A DNA stretch of 64,000 bases from Iphione sp. A-MEVVRFRX5 (lineage: Eukaryota), in assembly GCA_976226885.1 (NCBI GenBank), contig OZ320322.1, positions 42,470,001 through 42,534,000 on the forward strand. The letters are read 5' to 3'. This document shows positions 60,001 through 64,000 of the stretch, in pieces. How positions within the stretch are numbered: the stretch's first letter is position 1; every line of letters starts with the position of its first letter. The notes under the pieces were generated by a model. It was not told the origin of the DNA. It saw only the letters and a list, made by a program, of their open reading frames with translations, and ran no database searches. The position numbers and the translations under genes were made by a program.

Positions 60001-63000
60001 GAGGAGGGTGCCTAGTCCATCATGCAGTGGCTGTAGGTCGCATGCAGTGGTTAGTGGTCGCTTCTTCATTTTTGCGGAAATTGTGGATGTGCAGCAATTT
60101 TGGCCGCACAGCTTTTGGTTGAGGCTTTGCCGAATAACAGCATGATGGGTCGAGTGAGTGATAGCTTCGGTCAGCTCGGCCAGATATTTTACCCGGGTTT
60201 TAGTTGTAGGGAGGAGGGGACAGCGAGTTGATGATCCATTCATCATATACGAGCCTCCGGGCATTCCTCAGTCCTCCAAGACCGCACTATGATTGTGCAG
60301 CCTCACACGTAGTTGTACATTAATGTCCCAGGGCCAAGGTGTCAACGTGACTCAGCGATTCTACAGCATTACTGCGCAGGCCGCAAGACCCCCGGGGACG
60401 GAAATGTCCATATTAGGAAAGAACGACGCAGGGATGGGGGGGGGGGGGTGGCTGAGCGCGTGCGGAAGGTAGCGGAACCGGCCGTGGGAAAGGGCGTTAA
60501 TGGCCACACCTTACCAGGCGGCTGGGAGAGGCAGATATTTTTGATGGAAAAGCGGGTCGTATGGCTGCCAGTAGGTAAACCAAGTCAGGGATGCGTGTGC
60601 GGGAATAGACAGATGCTCCGGGCAGACAGATGCTTCCACCTAGCGGACTTTTCCCAGCTCCGTGCCATTGGAGACTCAAAGCCAACAAAAGGCACTCTTC
60701 TATGCAGAGACAGAAAGTATTGAATAAAAATGCTGAAAGGTTATTTCAATGCTTGTAATCGCTGCCACATTGCACTATATTCTACCACTGAAGCCGCTCC
60801 TCCTCATAAACAATCCCGAGAAAGTTTATCAATACGGTCTGAGCTTTTAAACCGCAAACATTACCACAGTATAGGGCAGAGCCATGTCCTACAGCTATGG
60901 ATGAAGTACGAAGTCGGGAGGTGATGATGAGAGTGTACATCCGCGGCATTACTGATGTGTAGCAAGGAGTTGCAGGCCCTGCTCCTTATCCTTCTGTAGA
61001 ATTCCTTTAAATACTTCTTTAGTGATAGAACATTTGGTGAAATTTTGTCGAAGAAACAAGCTGTCCCTCCGCAACCATTGTTCTCTATGAATGAAGATAA
61101 TGCAACTGTTGTGGCCGAGCGTTCCTGAGCTTCCCTCTGCTCTAATGGGTCTCCCTATTTCTACCTGCTTTCTTCTTGTAAGCGTTATTTGTTGTTCTAT
61201 CAACTTCAGCAACTTCTCTTCAACTCTCCTCTCCTATATTTCTGTCTGTCTTCCTTCCATATTATTTTGTCCAATTTAGTTTCCCGGTGTTTTTTGATGG
61301 GACACAATGGTCGTCCTTAAAGCCTCATCAGGTTCCCCCGTTATCTCTATGGACATTCCTTCCATGCTGCAGTCCGCATACTAGAAACAACAGCACATCA
61401 AATGCCGAACTTTGCCCTGAATGTTACCCTGAATCATAATTCACCTCACATCTAATCCTTAAGGAAGAGGGGCAGGCCCGCTTATACTTATGATTGGCTC
61501 TTAGGGAAGACATGTCATGCCATTTAAAACAGGTAGAAGTCAACGAAAATCAGGATCCGTTTTGAACGGAAGTGACGCGCTAAGCGATTTTGGACAGAAA
61601 ACTTGAGCGATAACTAAGGCGTACACAGGCCCGTTTATCGGAGTGCCAATACACCTTGACCATGAGTCGGTTATTACCACTTAAAATTCGACATTTTTTC
61701 TGTGCGATCGGGTAGAGCAATGATGAAAATTTGTGTGTAGATATTGTCCATACAATTCAAAGTATCTATAAGTCTATTGGCACACTTGTGTCATCACAAT
61801 GACACAAATCTGCCGTTCAGGATTTACACTGGGCTGGAAGGACCTGTAGGTCGTCCTTTTACTGTTAGAATAATGTTTTAGAAAATACAATAAGAATGCC
61901 TATTTAGAAATCATAATGAAAATGCTTACCAAAGAAAATCTCCAGCAGCTTTCGTAAAAGATGTGTAGCTGATGTCTCTGCTGACACGATGTCAAATATT
62001 ACAGTGAGAGTCCAAAGGCCACTAAAGGTTACTGCTGTGTTGCTGGTGAATAGGGGTCGATAAAGGTTAGGTCATACCTTGTTAGACCAATCAATTTGCT
62101 GTTTATTGTGGTCTTGCGTTTACTTACATAGCTAACCCCTTTTTATTAAGAGAACCGGTCTATTGTGCAACAGACGCCACTGCCACCTGTAAGTTGAGAC
62201 GTCTATAAGAACTCGATGAAATATTTGATGATTGTATCTCCTAATCCTGTCAAATACACACATATGCATGCACACATAAGCACACAGGTGTCTAGGAACT
62301 CCAGTACTCACTCTCAGTATATCCGACAAACTATGCTCATCTTACTTTAGGCGTAAGTAATAATGGGGTGGGTCAATACTTGCCTTTAACCTTTTAAATG
62401 GAACTTAATGTAGTAGTCAATATTTCAACAGCATAGATTAAGTGCAATAATTTAGAAGAGAGGAACGCTTTGGTTCCAGGCCAGGGAGGCATTTTCCACA
62501 TGTCTACGTGTTTACTTTATTATCCTCTGGGAGATTAGAATCGTAATCTGAAAATGTTCCAACTAATTTTTTATAGATTTAATTGTTGAAGCATGGTTTC
62601 CCGTACGTTGAGGTGAGACCTACAACTCCATCACCTCCACTCTCCATATAAAAGAGACTCCAATGTCAAATCAAAATTAGCAAGTCAGAATCAAGACAAG
62701 GTACCAGGTAATTTTGCCCTTATCTTCCAGATGCCATGCTAGCTGAGTTGCTGTATTATAGAAATTAAATAAATAAATATTTTATTCATTCCTAACGGAC
62801 AGTTTTCATGATGTGAAATATAAGTACAAGATCATGTCTGATACTTTTCCGACATAATCAGGGTGAGATGAGATGATATGACTTATACATTTATATAGGA
62901 AGTACATTGAATAGTAGAGTGTTATTGATTTGATATTTATAGCAAGAAGTAAACCCAAATTGCACTAGTATTTAACATTGCACATAGAGCTTGCCGCCCA

Positions 63001-63033
63001 GCTAATGCTCAGATTGAACTCTTTCGGATGAAA

Positions 63034-63933
63034 TTAATCCATTGCGACCGCCCCAACTAGCCTTTCATTGTATTTACGCTCCTTGTTAGGTTGTCTACAG
63101 GATGAGTTGCTACTGTTATTTTCCACAAAATTAAGAAACGTTAGGTGTCGATGTCTACATAAGATTTTTTTGTCGTCACAAATCTCTTGTGCCTTTCTTG
63201 CGCTATGAATGAAACTGACATCTATTCTACAGGGAAGATAGTTTCTTTTTGGATTTGACTCCAAACATCCCCATCTCTCCTCATCGTACTTGATGTAGCA
63301 AAGAAATGGCTTCCACTGCTGTTTGTAGGAATGTGAAGCGACCAAGCCTGCCTCACTGCAAGAAAAGATTACAGTAAGAAAGGGCGTTATGAAGTGTCCA
63401 TTAAAACTACTCGAGACAACTTTAATCCCACAAAAAGGCTTGGGAAAGTGCTAGCCGTGGAAGCAATAAGGGAAGGGTAACAGCACCAGGATGAAGAGAA
63501 ATCATCACCTGCTTAGGGCCTCAGTTATCGCCCTGTAAGCGTTCTTTTCGGCGTCCATCTGTCTGGACTGACAGCAGCGCCATTTACTAATGGCAACAGA
63601 CTGCCATAGGCGCCATGTGGCTCTTATTGAGCCAGTGCTGTCAATGGGCACGACTGGAGGAAGCAAAAAGAATCCAGAGTCTGAAGGCAATGACATTTTT
63701 ACGGTATGATTGAGGAGATCAAGACATGGAGAATAATAGAAATTGCATCCTCTTGGAATTTTATATGTAGGTCTTCCCAGCCGGAAAGTTGGCCGGGGAG
63801 ACTGGAATTGGCCAGGGAACGTTGGTTTGGAGGAAATCCATGTTTCTTCGTTGGCAGCAAACAACATATTACATTGGATTCTCTTCGTAGTCACCTTTCC
63901 GTACCCATATTCTAGTTGTAGATCTGTTGTCAT
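63034..63933 (-). CDS. Candidate host coding exons, unknown product
   Basis: 142-codon open frame ends at a CAG|GTGATG donor (63509/63508); 153-nt intron; strong acceptor TAATCTTTTCTTGCAG (63356) joins in phase to a second long open frame. No recognisable homology. Confidence 0.35.
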
Positions 63934-64000
63934 GAAGCACTAAGTGTCCTACACACTATGCCCCCGTCCTTTCGACTGTTCACCAAGGGCGCTGCATGTG

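Noticed and set aside
1-64000. Hammerhead ribozyme cores (CTGANGA...GAAA)
   Set aside because: The CTGANGA hits I inspected by eye lacked a stem II followed by GAAA; not an exhaustive search

Overview
Eukaryotic (animal-like) genomic DNA, roughly 40% GC by eye and mostly non-coding. No prokaryotic gene, rRNA, tRNA gene or CRISPR array is seen. The main feature is a complete, young, GC-rich Ty3/Gypsy LTR retrotransposon on the minus strand (10446-20798). It has 311-bp LTRs differing at 5 sites, an ATTA target-site duplication, an 18-nt tRNA-Leu PBS, a PPT, gag with a CCHC knuckle, a -1 frameshift signal and PR-RT-RH-IN pol carrying one in-frame TAG. The unusual part is about 4.5 kb of extra coding sequence after integrase that is not env-like. 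The integrase frame stays open into two C2H2 zinc fingers. An overlapping ~900-codon frame then encodes a long disordered region with NLS- and SIM-like motifs and ends in an unrecognised ~110-aa beta-rich domain. Restoring one base would join these into a ~1195-aa nuclear-regulator-like ORF3, possibly expressed from a spliced RNA. The window also holds an intact single-ORF APE-RT non-LTR element of the CR1/L2 group (~53638-57022, (ATTGA)5 tail), two diverged tRNA-derived SINE copies, a TIR MITE with an internal tandem array, a possible LINE fossil, microsatellites and a few low-confidence host exon candidates.
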